Source: Candidatus Thorarchaeota archaeon (GTDB lineage: Archaea > Asgardarchaeota > Thorarchaeia > Thorarchaeales > Thorarchaeaceae). From it: a DNA stretch of 64,000 bases. The stretch spans positions 1,866,246 to 1,930,245 of the forward strand of contig CP070761.1 in the NCBI GenBank assembly GCA_020348985.1, given 5' to 3'. Position numbers and translations under genes: made by a program. The notes under the pieces were generated by a model, which was not told where the DNA came from, ran no database searches, and saw only the letters and a program-made list of their open reading frames with translations. Every line of letters begins with the position of its first letter. Position 1 is the stretch's first letter. Positions 28,571-38,364 of this stretch are shown here, in pieces.

Positions 28571-31014
28571 TGTCCAGTTCATGGATTCTCAAAACTCGTC
28601 AGATGAGCGAGGCTGGCAAGGAAATACTTCTCAGAGAAGGACTGGCTACTCACATGAGAAGCACCAGGGATCGTCAGCAGGTGACCGATATTCTGAAGGA
28701 GAAGAGGCCACTTGAGGATATCCTTTCTTGGTTCTCTGCCTTCTGGCTCTATCACTATCAAGGGGTTCGCGTGCTCAGTTTCGAAGACGCCCAAGACCTA
28801 ACCGTTGAGAGAAAAGATGAGATGGAGCGCGAAGAGCGCAGGCACCTTGAGCTTGAGATTAGAAAGCTTTTGGGTGACAAACACAGAGAAGAGATAGACA
28901 TTGCACGGTTGGCTAGCGAACTGATTGTTCAGGTCTGCAATGAGTTGGGGGGTTCCAATATTGCTGAACCATCTACTCTCGAGAAATGTTCCGATATTGT
29001 CAAGAAGTTTCTTGGTGAGATTCCAAAGGACTACAGTCCTAATCACGACATCGATTTCATAGCCACAATCACAGGCTGGGCGTCAAAGTGGAGGGATGAA
29101 CTTTATACAAAGGCCTCTGGTCTAAAGGAGACTGCGCTCTCTCTTAGAGATGAGGTCCTTCGTGAACATCCTGCGGAAGTCATCGAAACATCTGTTTTGA
29201 GGCAGGCTACCAAGCAAATCCTCAATACTGACAACTACTTGGCTGGCCGATTGATTGCTGGTGGCATTTCGGAGAAGACGCTTGGCGATATATCAGAAGC
29301 TGTGCTCCACAGGGTGATTGGCGGAAGAGTGCCTGTGGAAACAGTTCGAAAAGCTCATGAGATTAGGCTAGAGACAATTGACTTCCTACTTGGCTCCTAT
29401 GAATCCCCAACAACGATTGAGGAATACGAGAAAACCCTTGGTGATGAATTGGCAAGGGGAGTTGCAGCGGGAATCAGGGACAATCCAGCAGAGGCATTTG
29501 GACTGCTTTCGGTACTTTTTGATCTGGATGCTGAAGATATCAAGGCGGCCCTTAGGTCAAAAGGACTCACTGATGCAGAGGATATCGCGGCCGGATTGAT
29601 TGAACAGGCCAAAGAGCCTACTCCTGAGGATGAAGGACCCCAAATCAGCGCTGAAGAGATGCAGGACCTAGAAAGGTCGCTAAAGCAGCTTGAGAAGTTG
29701 GAGAAGACTTTGGAGGGTCCAGTCAAGGGTATGCTGCGAGCCCAAGGACTGCGTCCATCAGAGCTCGATAAGATTACAGTCGAGTTCCTTCTCAAGGACA
29801 GAGACAGCCTACTGGGTATGGAACCAAAGGTGCTTGAGACACTGAAGCAGAATGCCCGAATCCCTTCGCCAAAAGAGATGGAGCGACTATTCCAAGTGCG
29901 GCAACAGGTTGAGAGCGGAGCTCTGAGTACAATGGGTGTGACTTCATCGTCTGAGATGATGCAACAGAGACGACAAGAGGAATCGTCCGGGGCGCTCAAG
30001 CTAGACTTGGTTTGGCATTTCACAATTGGTATACTCTCGAATCTCACAAGAGTGGTGGAGAGTTATATCAGGTCGAAGCAGGACCTGTTGAGAATGAAGG
30101 CTCTTCTGAAGAGCATTCACGAAGATACTGAGCCTGAACTTCAATATGCAAGAGAAGAGATTCTGGTCGATCTCGCATCAATGAGGATTTGCGAATTTAA
30201 ATGTGTGAATCCAGAGCTTGATGCATCAGCGGTATGCTCCTGGATGCACGCTCGTCTGTCAAGCAAAGACATGAATGCCGCCAAGGTTGAGCTTGAAAAG
30301 ACACCAAGCCCTGTCTATGATGGAATTTCCGACCTTCCTCTTGATCTTTCGAATCTGGAGTTTGACAACTACGGAATTGCCTACGACCTCATGCACAGGT
30401 TTCTGCAGCAAGAGCGTCTTGAGAAGATGGCAAAGGAAGAACACGCGATAGAGGTTGAGGCGGAGAAGCAGAGAGCACTCGAGGAAAGGCGCGGACGTAT
30501 TGACGCTATTTCTTGGATCGACACGAAGAGCAAGACTGTCTTCAGAGCCATAGGCAGAGTTGGGACAAAGGGGCTTGAATGGTCCGGAAATGATGAGACA
30601 AAGTGTTCCAATCTTCTGGCATTCTACATTCGACAGCACAGGGGACGTCCTGTGTGTATAGCCTGCGGAGATACTCCAGAAGATGGCAAGTGCCCGAGGC
30701 ATGGAACAGCGAACATTTCCGCAAGCGATGATATGGACACTTTGACTGTGTTCATCATGGAAGCTATCACCACAATGAAAACGAGCCTCATCGGGCCGAA
30801 AGCACAGCCAATGACATGGGATGAGGCTCGGAAGATTGTTCAGAAGACAATAGATGATGTCAAGCGAGACGGGAAGCTAACTTCGAAGACGAATCTGAAA
30901 GAACTGATGCAAGGTGACATCAACCACGTAGTAGGTCCCGCTATTGCCAAGGTCATTGGAAAATACTTTGACGAATCACTGCAATATGCAGCCAGACGTT
31001 CGGGCCTTTCATAG
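28570..31014 (+). CDS. Large hypothetical helical protein with CxxC...CxxH Zn finger
   Basis: 814-aa ORF containing CIACGDTPEDGKCPRH. Confidence 0.7.
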   Translation: MSSSWILKTRQMSEAGKEILLREGLATHMRSTRDRQQVTDILKEKRPLEDILSWFSAFWLYHYQGVRVLSFEDAQDLTVERKDEMEREERRHLELEIRKLLGDKHREEIDIARLASELIVQVCNELGGSNIAEPSTLEKCSDIVKKFLGEIPKDYSPNHDIDFIATITGWASKWRDELYTKASGLKETALSLRDEVLREHPAEVIETSVLRQATKQILNTDNYLAGRLIAGGISEKTLGDISEAVLHRVIGGRVPVETVRKAHEIRLETIDFLLGSYESPTTIEEYEKTLGDELARGVAAGIRDNPAEAFGLLSVLFDLDAEDIKAALRSKGLTDAEDIAAGLIEQAKEPTPEDEGPQISAEEMQDLERSLKQLEKLEKTLEGPVKGMLRAQGLRPSELDKITVEFLLKDRDSLLGMEPKVLETLKQNARIPSPKEMERLFQVRQQVESGALSTMGVTSSSEMMQQRRQEESSGALKLDLVWHFTIGILSNLTRVVESYIRSKQDLLRMKALLKSIHEDTEPELQYAREEILVDLASMRICEFKCVNPELDASAVCSWMHARLSSKDMNAAKVELEKTPSPVYDGISDLPLDLSNLEFDNYGIAYDLMHRFLQQERLEKMAKEEHAIEVEAEKQRALEERRGRIDAISWIDTKSKTVFRAIGRVGTKGLEWSGNDETKCSNLLAFYIRQHRGRPVCIACGDTPEDGKCPRHGTANISASDDMDTLTVFIMEAITTMKTSLIGPKAQPMTWDEARKIVQKTIDDVKRDGKLTSKTNLKELMQGDINHVVGPAIAKVIGKYFDESLQYAARRSGLS

Positions 31015-31028
31015 GACCAAACAGTGAT

Positions 31029-31346
31029 CTAATTCGCAGTGCTTGTGCTGATCCATTCTAGATAGGCCTTTGAACCACCTTGAATCGGAATCACAACAAA
31101 CTCAGGAACCTCATATGGGTGGTTGTCCCTAATCGCATCCCACAGTCTGTCCTGGAGTCGTTTCTCTGTTTTGATTAGGAGAATGCTCTCTGTATCCGTT
31201 TCCACTTTGTCCTTCCAGTGATAGATGCTTCTGACTCCACTAACGATGTTGACACATGCACAGAATCGGCCGTCCACTAGGATTCTCGCCAAATCTTCAG
31301 CCTTATCTGGCGGACATGTTGTTAATGCGAGAATATAGTTTTCCAT
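31029..31346 (-). CDS. cutA: Divalent-cation tolerance protein CutA
   Basis: ACVNI, SIYHWKDKV, HPYEVPE. Confidence 0.95.
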   Translation of the reverse strand: MENYILALTTCPPDKAEDLARILVDGRFCACVNIVSGVRSIYHWKDKVETDTESILLIKTEKRLQDRLWDAIRDNHPYEVPEFVVIPIQGGSKAYLEWISTSTAN

Positions 31347-31459
31347 AACTTGGGTATGACTCTGCCGCTATTAATCTATAACCTGAAAATGATGAAGTCG
31401 TTGGAGGATAGACAGCTTTATACATCAGACGCAAACCAACCACGACTCGGCCGATTGTT

Positions 31460-32860
31460 ATGACTAAGCGTTTTGTCCCCCAAGGGGTGCTTCCAGCTCT
31501 TGTTACTCCGTTTACTAAAGATGGAGACCTCATAGAGGAGGGCTTCAAGCAAATCATCGATTACACAATTGAGAACGGAGCAACCGGTCTCGTGCCTGCA
31601 GGGACGACAGGTGAGTTCCTATATATGCGAACAGAAGAGCGGAAGAAGCTTCTGAAACTAACGGTCGAATTGGCAGAAGACCGAGTTCCAGTTATAGCAG
31701 GAACAGGTCAGAATTCGACAAGAGCCACGGTAGCTTTGACGAAGTATGCTGCGGACATTGGTTGTGCTGCAGCCCTTGTGGTTTCGCCCTACTTCCTTAG
31801 ACCCGAAGACAAGGGGTACTTCGAGCACTATGCTGAGGTGGCCCGGAGGGGTGATCTCCCTGTGATTCTGTATAACATCCCTCAATGTACGCTCGGCATT
31901 CTCCAGTCTAATGTTGTTGAGGACCTTGCCGAACTTGACAACATCGTGGCAATAAAAGACAGCAGCGGAAGCATTCCACATGTCTTGGAGCTCATTGAGA
32001 AGCTGAGAGGAAAGATGCCTGTCCTCATAGGACACGATGAGTGTTTCTTGTCGGCTGTGGCTGCAGGCGCAACAGCTGCAATCATGGCTTCAGGGAATAT
32101 AATGCCTCACATCTGGCTAGAGATAATGAAGAACATACGTAACGGTAACATCGAGAAAGCAGCAGAGCTCCAGCTCTCCGTGCAAACTCTTTCTAGGATA
32201 ATTACAAGGCATGGAGGTGCCCCTCCCGTAAAGGCAGCACTGAGAATGATGGGAATGAATGCTGGAAGAGCAAGAATGCCACTTAATTCCGGAGGCACAT
32301 TGACTTGGGAGCTTCGTGAGGAAATACGTTTGGAGCTTGAGAAACTGGGCCTCATCGATGAGTTGAGTCATGCACCAGTCATGGATGATGTGGATGTCAT
32401 CGGTTTGATTGACAGGTCTGGGGTTGACAGTTCGCGATTTGAGAATGTCAAGCGTAGCATTGGTGCATTTGAGTCTGTTTCCACAGACATCATTCTAGGC
32501 AAGAAAGATGGTCCTGTCGGCGAAGCCTTTGTGAAACTGATGATGAATCCGCAAGTAGGACATGAAGCCTTGAGCGTCATTCTTGAACCCAATCTGGCTG
32601 TGAGACCTAGCGCCATAATGATGCCCGCTCGGAAGATCAAATCGATGCGTCAGGCATCTCTCTTCTACGGTCCAGTTCAATCAGGAGCCGCAAAGGCAGT
32701 AGCTCGCCTCGTAGCTTCTGGAAGAATACCGTCTTCTGATTTTGATGATTCACTAATGATAATGGCCGTTGACATTGATCTCAATCTACGTGACAGAAGG
32801 ACGGCAACTAGTCACACCGAGAGAGCTGTCACTAAAGCTCTTGAGCAGCTGTGGAGGTGA
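31460..32860 (+). CDS. DapA/NAL-family class I aldolase fused to a degenerate Fae domain
   Basis: GTTGE, YNIP, IKDSSG. C-terminal DIILGKKDGPVGEAF...GHEALSVILEPNLAVRP...YGPVQSGAAKAVA matches Fae. Confidence 0.85.
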   Translation: MTKRFVPQGVLPALVTPFTKDGDLIEEGFKQIIDYTIENGATGLVPAGTTGEFLYMRTEERKKLLKLTVELAEDRVPVIAGTGQNSTRATVALTKYAADIGCAAALVVSPYFLRPEDKGYFEHYAEVARRGDLPVILYNIPQCTLGILQSNVVEDLAELDNIVAIKDSSGSIPHVLELIEKLRGKMPVLIGHDECFLSAVAAGATAAIMASGNIMPHIWLEIMKNIRNGNIEKAAELQLSVQTLSRIITRHGGAPPVKAALRMMGMNAGRARMPLNSGGTLTWELREEIRLELEKLGLIDELSHAPVMDDVDVIGLIDRSGVDSSRFENVKRSIGAFESVSTDIILGKKDGPVGEAFVKLMMNPQVGHEALSVILEPNLAVRPSAIMMPARKIKSMRQASLFYGPVQSGAAKAVARLVASGRIPSSDFDDSLMIMAVDIDLNLRDRRTATSHTERAVTKALEQLWR

Positions 32861-32865
32861 AACAG

Positions 32866-34341
32866 ATGTCGGAGGATTTCAGATTCAGAGGTGTGTTTCC
32901 TGCTCTTGTGACTCCATTTGGTGAGGACGGCGTTGATGAGGAGAAGTATAGGGGTCTGATTGACTACGTCATAAGAAGTGGTGCCACCGGGCTTGTCCCT
33001 TGTGGGACTACTGGTGAATTCACAAGCATGAGATTCGAGGAGAGAGTAGATGCAATTCGAATTGCCTGTGACGCAGCAGAAGGTAGAGTCCCCGTTATGG
33101 CCGGCACCGGAGCTCCAAACACTCGTGATGCAATCAAGCTGACGAAGAGAGCAGCTGAGTTTGGAGCAGAGGCCGCTCTGGTTGTTTCCCCGTATTTCCT
33201 CAAGCCTACTACAAAAGAGATCTATGAGCACTATGAGAAGATTGCTAGTTCAAGTGACATCCCTATTTTCCTTTATAACATTCCACAGGTGACCGGTGTG
33301 CCTCTCGACTGGTGGCTGGTCGATGGTCTCAGAGAGATTGACGGCGTTGCGGGAATGAAAGATTCGAGTGGCAATCTGATTAACTTGACAACAGTTCTAG
33401 TCAGACGACCTGAGGAATTCCAAGTTGTGGTTGGCCATGATGAGGTAGCACTCCCCGCGTTGGCTTCAGGTTGCGATGGGGCGATCTTGATGAGCGCCAA
33501 TGTGTTTCCTGACCGCTACATAAAGATGCAAACCGCTCTTGCCAGGGGAGATCTGAAAGAGGCATTTCTTGTTCAGCGGAGCATCCAGAAGACAATCCGG
33601 CTTCTGGTCAACCGAGGGGGAGGAATGGCAATAAAGGCGGCCCTCAACATGATGGGTGTCCCAGTCGGAAAAGCAAGGGGACCGCTCATCGAAGGTGACA
33701 TACTCCGCTACGAAGACATTGATGAATTGAGAACATGTCTTGAGGATCTGCAACTGATCCCGCGCGGTACTGTCACTTTCAAGGCTGGAGAGAAAGCCAT
33801 AGTTTCAGAAGGCTACCCAAAGGCAGTTGGACTAGTTCCCGATTCGGTCCCCGACTTGACTCTCCTCCACGGCGAGGCACTTGCTGGAGAGGGCCAAGAG
33901 GTAGCACATGTCGATCTTGTCATGGGTCTCAAGGACGGACCTCTTGCTGTCGCCATTGACAGTGCAGACAAGATTGAGGAAGGATTCCACCCTTCCAATG
34001 TCATAAAGGACCTAGAACCACTAACGGTCTTCGCTCCAACAGTAACAATTGTTGACGAGAGCCACAAGACGATGGTGTATGACACTGCCCAGAGGGCCGT
34101 GGCGGACGCAGTCAGACGCACAGTCACTGATATGATTATACCCGAAGAGCTGATACCGGACATCGCAATAGCGGTGAATACGTTCGTGCATCCAAACGCA
34201 AACAATCCAAGGAGAGTACACATCAACAACTTCAGAGCAACGAGGCATGCCATACGCAGAGCAATCGAACGCAGACAAGACATAGAAGAAATTGCTGCAC
34301 GGATAGATTCGGCACGACACCCATTCGCCTACAATCCTTAG
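32866..34341 (+). CDS. DapA/NAL-family class I aldolase fused to a formaldehyde-activating enzyme (Fae) domain
   Basis: GTTGE, YNIP, MKDSSG. C-terminal GEALAGEGQEVAHVDLVMG...AQRAVADAV...FVHP...NFRATRHAIRRA...ARHPF is the Fae signature. Confidence 0.9.
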   Translation: MSEDFRFRGVFPALVTPFGEDGVDEEKYRGLIDYVIRSGATGLVPCGTTGEFTSMRFEERVDAIRIACDAAEGRVPVMAGTGAPNTRDAIKLTKRAAEFGAEAALVVSPYFLKPTTKEIYEHYEKIASSSDIPIFLYNIPQVTGVPLDWWLVDGLREIDGVAGMKDSSGNLINLTTVLVRRPEEFQVVVGHDEVALPALASGCDGAILMSANVFPDRYIKMQTALARGDLKEAFLVQRSIQKTIRLLVNRGGGMAIKAALNMMGVPVGKARGPLIEGDILRYEDIDELRTCLEDLQLIPRGTVTFKAGEKAIVSEGYPKAVGLVPDSVPDLTLLHGEALAGEGQEVAHVDLVMGLKDGPLAVAIDSADKIEEGFHPSNVIKDLEPLTVFAPTVTIVDESHKTMVYDTAQRAVADAVRRTVTDMIIPEELIPDIAIAVNTFVHPNANNPRRVHINNFRATRHAIRRAIERRQDIEEIAARIDSARHPFAYNP

Positions 34342-34603
34342 TCATTCTCCAACAAACGTGTAAAACGGTCTGGCCAAATGTTAAGGACACTAGAACTGCG
34401 GAGGAAGGCGCAATCGACATGCAATTAGCACCCGTGTAGCGAGAATAGCAGTACTCCGGAAACATCAACGAAATGCATCTAGGGCCGTTTTCGTCAAGGC
34501 TTCAGGCAGCTCTCTGGTTATATAGTCTATAGGATATGATAGAGAATGATTTCGTTCCATCGGATTGCCCAGCGCGTAATTGCATCCGTTGGAGGTCGGA
34601 AAA

Positions 34604-34822
34604 ATGGCTGAGACCTGCTTAATCCGCATCCGTGACTTACCCTCTCGGGCGCTTCGTAAGAGGGTTCGTGGATTTCTTGCAGGGGACAATGTATCGATTG
34701 AGGATGACACTGGGAAAGTCTTCGCCGTCGCGGTCAGCAAGAATAGAATTGTCTTGAGGTGTGACGACGAGTTTTCAGCTCCTGGGTATTATGGCAAAGG
34801 GGAACCCGCGAGCATGTTTTAA
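34604..34822 (+). CDS. Small hypothetical protein
   Basis: 72-aa ORF after GGAGG. Confidence 0.5.
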   Translation: MAETCLIRIRDLPSRALRKRVRGFLAGDNVSIEDDTGKVFAVAVSKNRIVLRCDDEFSAPGYYGKGEPASMF

Positions 34823-34947
34823 GGTCAAATCCTCTACCGATGAGTGGGTCTCAGCCTAACTCTCATTCTTACGTGAATTTCTGCCCACTCACACGTACAC
34901 GACCAAAGTCTTCCTTACTCAGAATCCTGGGGTGGTGGGGGCTTCTC

Positions 34948-37900
34948 CTAGTAGCCTTGGAGATACTCCATGTGCTCAAACCATCTCTCATCAGGCGAGA
35001 ACTCCTTAACTCCTAGTTCTCTCAAACGGGTCTGAATGCTCTTGATAGCCGTAGCGTCTTTGGTTTCTCGATAGAGGACTAGAAGATTGCTGAGAATCTT
35101 GACAAATGCAGTTTGGTGAAACCTCGGCTCCTTCAGTGCAAAAGGTTCCAATGTATCGAGAGCTTCTTTGCACATCTTTTCTGATTTCTTAGAATGGCCT
35201 GTTCTTCTATAGTATATTCCGAGGTTGTTTAAAATCGACGCAACTCTAGGCAGAAAGAAGCTCTCTGAATCATCTACATAACTCCTGTGGATCTCAAGCG
35301 CTTTCAAGAATCTTGATTCTGCCTCTGGTATGCGGTTGTTTTCGCATAGAAGAATACCGGTGTTGCTTTCTATTGCAGCAACAGAGTAGAGAAACATCTC
35401 AGGAGCAAAACCAATACGCGCGTCGATCACACCTCTTGCCTCTTCCAGCAGCCTCTCAGCATCAGTCCATAGTTCGTTTCTCTTATAGAATACTCCTAGA
35501 TTGTTGGCAACATTCCCATAGACCTCAGCCAATGACGCCGCTTCCGGATGCTTCAGAGACACATCCTTTGCCATCTCATATGCCTCTAGAAGCGTTTCTT
35601 GCACGCCCTTCACTTTGCCCATCCGACAATGCAACACACCTAGATTATTCAGGGCCGCAGCCAGTCGATGCGTGTATCTCTCTGGGTAGTTCTCTACAAG
35701 TGCTCTTAGCAGTCTGATTGACTCTAGACAGGCGTTTTCAGCTTCATGTAATCTGTCTGAAGAAACCAAGAGATTCGAATAATCCTGCAGAGTCTTGGCA
35801 AGTGGTTGAGAATATGGTTTCTCCTCCTCAAGCATCACCCTAAGTTCTCGAATCACTTCTCTGAAGACTTCCTCTGCTTCCTGATATTGACCTGTCTGAA
35901 AGAGTGGAAGTGCCAAGCTGCTTTCTGCCATTGTCACTTGAGCTTGCATACCCGATTGTTCCAGAGCAAGCTTCTTGTAAGCATCTACTACTGCCTTCCT
36001 CACTTCAAGTTGTTCGATATGTCTGTGCTGAAGACGTAGAGTAATTCCAAGACGACCAAGTGTCATGTTTCTTATGACTAATTCATCGCTTGATTCTAGG
36101 ACATCTCTGAGGATTGTTTCAGCTTCTGAAGTCTTTCCGGAAATGTACAGCACCTGAGCCAAAAGGATTCGTGCGAATTGGAGCATTGGATAGGTTCCTT
36201 CTTCTGGGCTATAATGAGGTCTCCTATCTTCATTCTCCAAGATGACTAAGGCTTTTCTAACGCATCTCTCCGCTTCTTCCAGACGATACATCAGTGATAG
36301 ATGTTGTCCTAGATAGTGATAGGTCGAAGCCAAATAACCCTCTTTCATGTGTATATGCCTATCATCTTGTGGGTCAAACGTATTCAACATCTCTAGTGTT
36401 CTTCGAAAAGCTTCTTCAGCTTCGTACATCTTGGCTGATTCTTGATAAAACCGAGCTTGAAACCAGAGTGCCTTTGAAAGGAATATTGCATTGTCATCAG
36501 AGAGTCTCTCAGAGATCTCAATGACTTTCTTGAGTGTGTCCTCGGCCTCTGCAATTCTATCAACTAGGCGGAAGAGGTAACTTCTCCAGCCTTCTCTCGC
36601 TATCAAGCCAATGTCTGACTTGATGAAGAACGAATCCAGCACTACAAGTGCGTCATCCCATTCATTTGCAAAGCCCAAAGCATCCAATACTTGTTCTAAT
36701 CTCATAAGAGTTCCAATTTCATCATCCAAAGCTAGCACGGATAATGCTAGGCCAAGGAGTCTGTAGTCTGCTTGATCTTGTGAAGCCCTTTCCAGTCGCT
36801 GACCGACCTCGTTCGCCAGATCTTTTAGATTTCCTCCAAGTTCAGCTCTCACAATTTCCTCTGCCAGATCATGGAGAACCCAAGTCCCGTCCTCTCTTCT
36901 ACTAAGGAAACTTAGGCGTCTTAGTCGATCCCAACTGTCTGGGGTCATTTCTGGAGCAATGATGCTCATTATTCGATAATCGAAATAGGGAACTAATCCT
37001 GCACGATTTATGAGATTGTGCAACCCTTCGGCATGACTAAACAGACGTCTCCATACTTTTAGGCGAACCTCAGCAAGAGTATCAGCACGGAGTCCTTCAA
37101 TGTCTTCTATAGACACGTTGCTGGTATTGATCATATCACATATGGCATCAATCAGGAAGGGATTTCCGCCACTGACACTCACAATTCTTTCTTGAAGCTC
37201 CTCATCAACAACGCCTTGAAGTGTGAGCATCTCGAGGCAACTATCCCTGTCCAGTTCTGTAAGCTCATTCTCTTCAACATCCAGTATCTTACCTTTCGCC
37301 GCTGAGCGTCTGCTTGCCATTACTCCTACGCAAGATGACAGATTGGACAAGAACAAAGCCCAGAGTTCTGTCTCAGTAATCCTCTCTCCACTGTATCTCC
37401 ACTGAGTCTTTTCATTGTCTACATACTCAAAATGGTCTAAAAGAAAGAGAAGCGCAATATTCGGATGATTTCTTGTATTGATATCCTCTAGAAATGCTGA
37501 AAGGTACAAAAACTCAGCACGTCTAGGATCCTTCCAGAGAATCTCAAGAAGCTGTTCGATGTGATTCTTGCCAAGTGTTTCCTGAAGCCATGTCCCAATC
37601 GTGCCGTATTTTCCTTTCAGCTTGGGAGTGACCTTTGCACCGACAGCGCTGATTGCACTTCCAATACTGGCAAGTGATCCAATGAACGGTATCGCCATTA
37701 CGACATCCTTCGCCCACTCACGTCCCTCTTCTCTTACCGGTTCTACACCTTCAACGAATCGTTGACGTATCTGCCAGAGTACGTCGAATCTTGGCAGCTT
37801 GACTCCGTGGAGCACAGCTCCTTTGGCAAGCATGTTTAGTCGTTGATAGAACTCAGAATAGTGCTCGCAATCAAGTCGTATTGCTTTCTCATGTGTGTTG

Positions 37901-38061
37901 ACCCAATGGTTGAGTAGGGACGATTTTCCGATACCCCCGATACCTTTCAGGTGAAGGACCACGCTTTCATCCTTGCATCTTTCGAGAGCATCATTCATCC
38001 ACTCGATATACTCCTCTCTATCCACGAACACATCATCGGAAGTTTCGTAGTGCTTGTACAA
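34948..38061 (-). CDS. STAND-type P-loop NTPase with C-terminal TPR array
   Basis: FVDREE, GIGGIGKS, LLDHFE, GGNPF, LHDL, and LNNLG-type TPRs. TTG start at 38061 chosen by alignment to the paralogue. Confidence 0.88.
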   Translation of the reverse strand: MYKHYETSDDVFVDREEYIEWMNDALERCKDESVVLHLKGIGGIGKSSLLNHWVNTHEKAIRLDCEHYSEFYQRLNMLAKGAVLHGVKLPRFDVLWQIRQRFVEGVEPVREEGREWAKDVVMAIPFIGSLASIGSAISAVGAKVTPKLKGKYGTIGTWLQETLGKNHIEQLLEILWKDPRRAEFLYLSAFLEDINTRNHPNIALLFLLDHFEYVDNEKTQWRYSGERITETELWALFLSNLSSCVGVMASRRSAAKGKILDVEENELTELDRDSCLEMLTLQGVVDEELQERIVSVSGGNPFLIDAICDMINTSNVSIEDIEGLRADTLAEVRLKVWRRLFSHAEGLHNLINRAGLVPYFDYRIMSIIAPEMTPDSWDRLRRLSFLSRREDGTWVLHDLAEEIVRAELGGNLKDLANEVGQRLERASQDQADYRLLGLALSVLALDDEIGTLMRLEQVLDALGFANEWDDALVVLDSFFIKSDIGLIAREGWRSYLFRLVDRIAEAEDTLKKVIEISERLSDDNAIFLSKALWFQARFYQESAKMYEAEEAFRRTLEMLNTFDPQDDRHIHMKEGYLASTYHYLGQHLSLMYRLEEAERCVRKALVILENEDRRPHYSPEEGTYPMLQFARILLAQVLYISGKTSEAETILRDVLESSDELVIRNMTLGRLGITLRLQHRHIEQLEVRKAVVDAYKKLALEQSGMQAQVTMAESSLALPLFQTGQYQEAEEVFREVIRELRVMLEEEKPYSQPLAKTLQDYSNLLVSSDRLHEAENACLESIRLLRALVENYPERYTHRLAAALNNLGVLHCRMGKVKGVQETLLEAYEMAKDVSLKHPEAASLAEVYGNVANNLGVFYKRNELWTDAERLLEEARGVIDARIGFAPEMFLYSVAAIESNTGILLCENNRIPEAESRFLKALEIHRSYVDDSESFFLPRVASILNNLGIYYRRTGHSKKSEKMCKEALDTLEPFALKEPRFHQTAFVKILSNLLVLYRETKDATAIKSIQTRLRELGVKEFSPDERWFEHMEYLQGY

Positions 38062-38364
38062 ACTCGGGACCTCACACGCAATGCACAAGAGATGTTTGTG
38101 TTTTACATAGGCTGGTCGGTTCTTATCATTTCTCCTTTGAATCTCATGGTCCTCTTCAGAAGAACAGATCTCAGCCCAAATCTCATTCTGTGAAAACGAA
38201 GTGGCGGTTTCCGCTGCTTACCGTCTAATCATCGCACTGTGCTCATACAGGGGTAACTGCTTCATTAACCGCCATGAGTACAGTGAAGTCAGAGCATATG
38301 AAACTAACTCGGCATCTTCAGGAATCTTATTATCAGACTTCGATTGCCGATGCTCGGTGCTCGA

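Noticed and set aside
31460-34341. Annotation as lysine-biosynthesis dapA
   Set aside because: The DHDPS substrate-binding Arg after YN.P is absent, both carry Fae domains, and no dapB/asd/lysC is nearby.
34342-34600. Longer intergenic regions (also 38090-38340 and 5000-5185) as tRNA/ncRNA loci
   Set aside because: No cloverleaf, T-loop motif or convincing C/D box pair seen by eye; a covariance-model search would be needed to exclude ncRNA.
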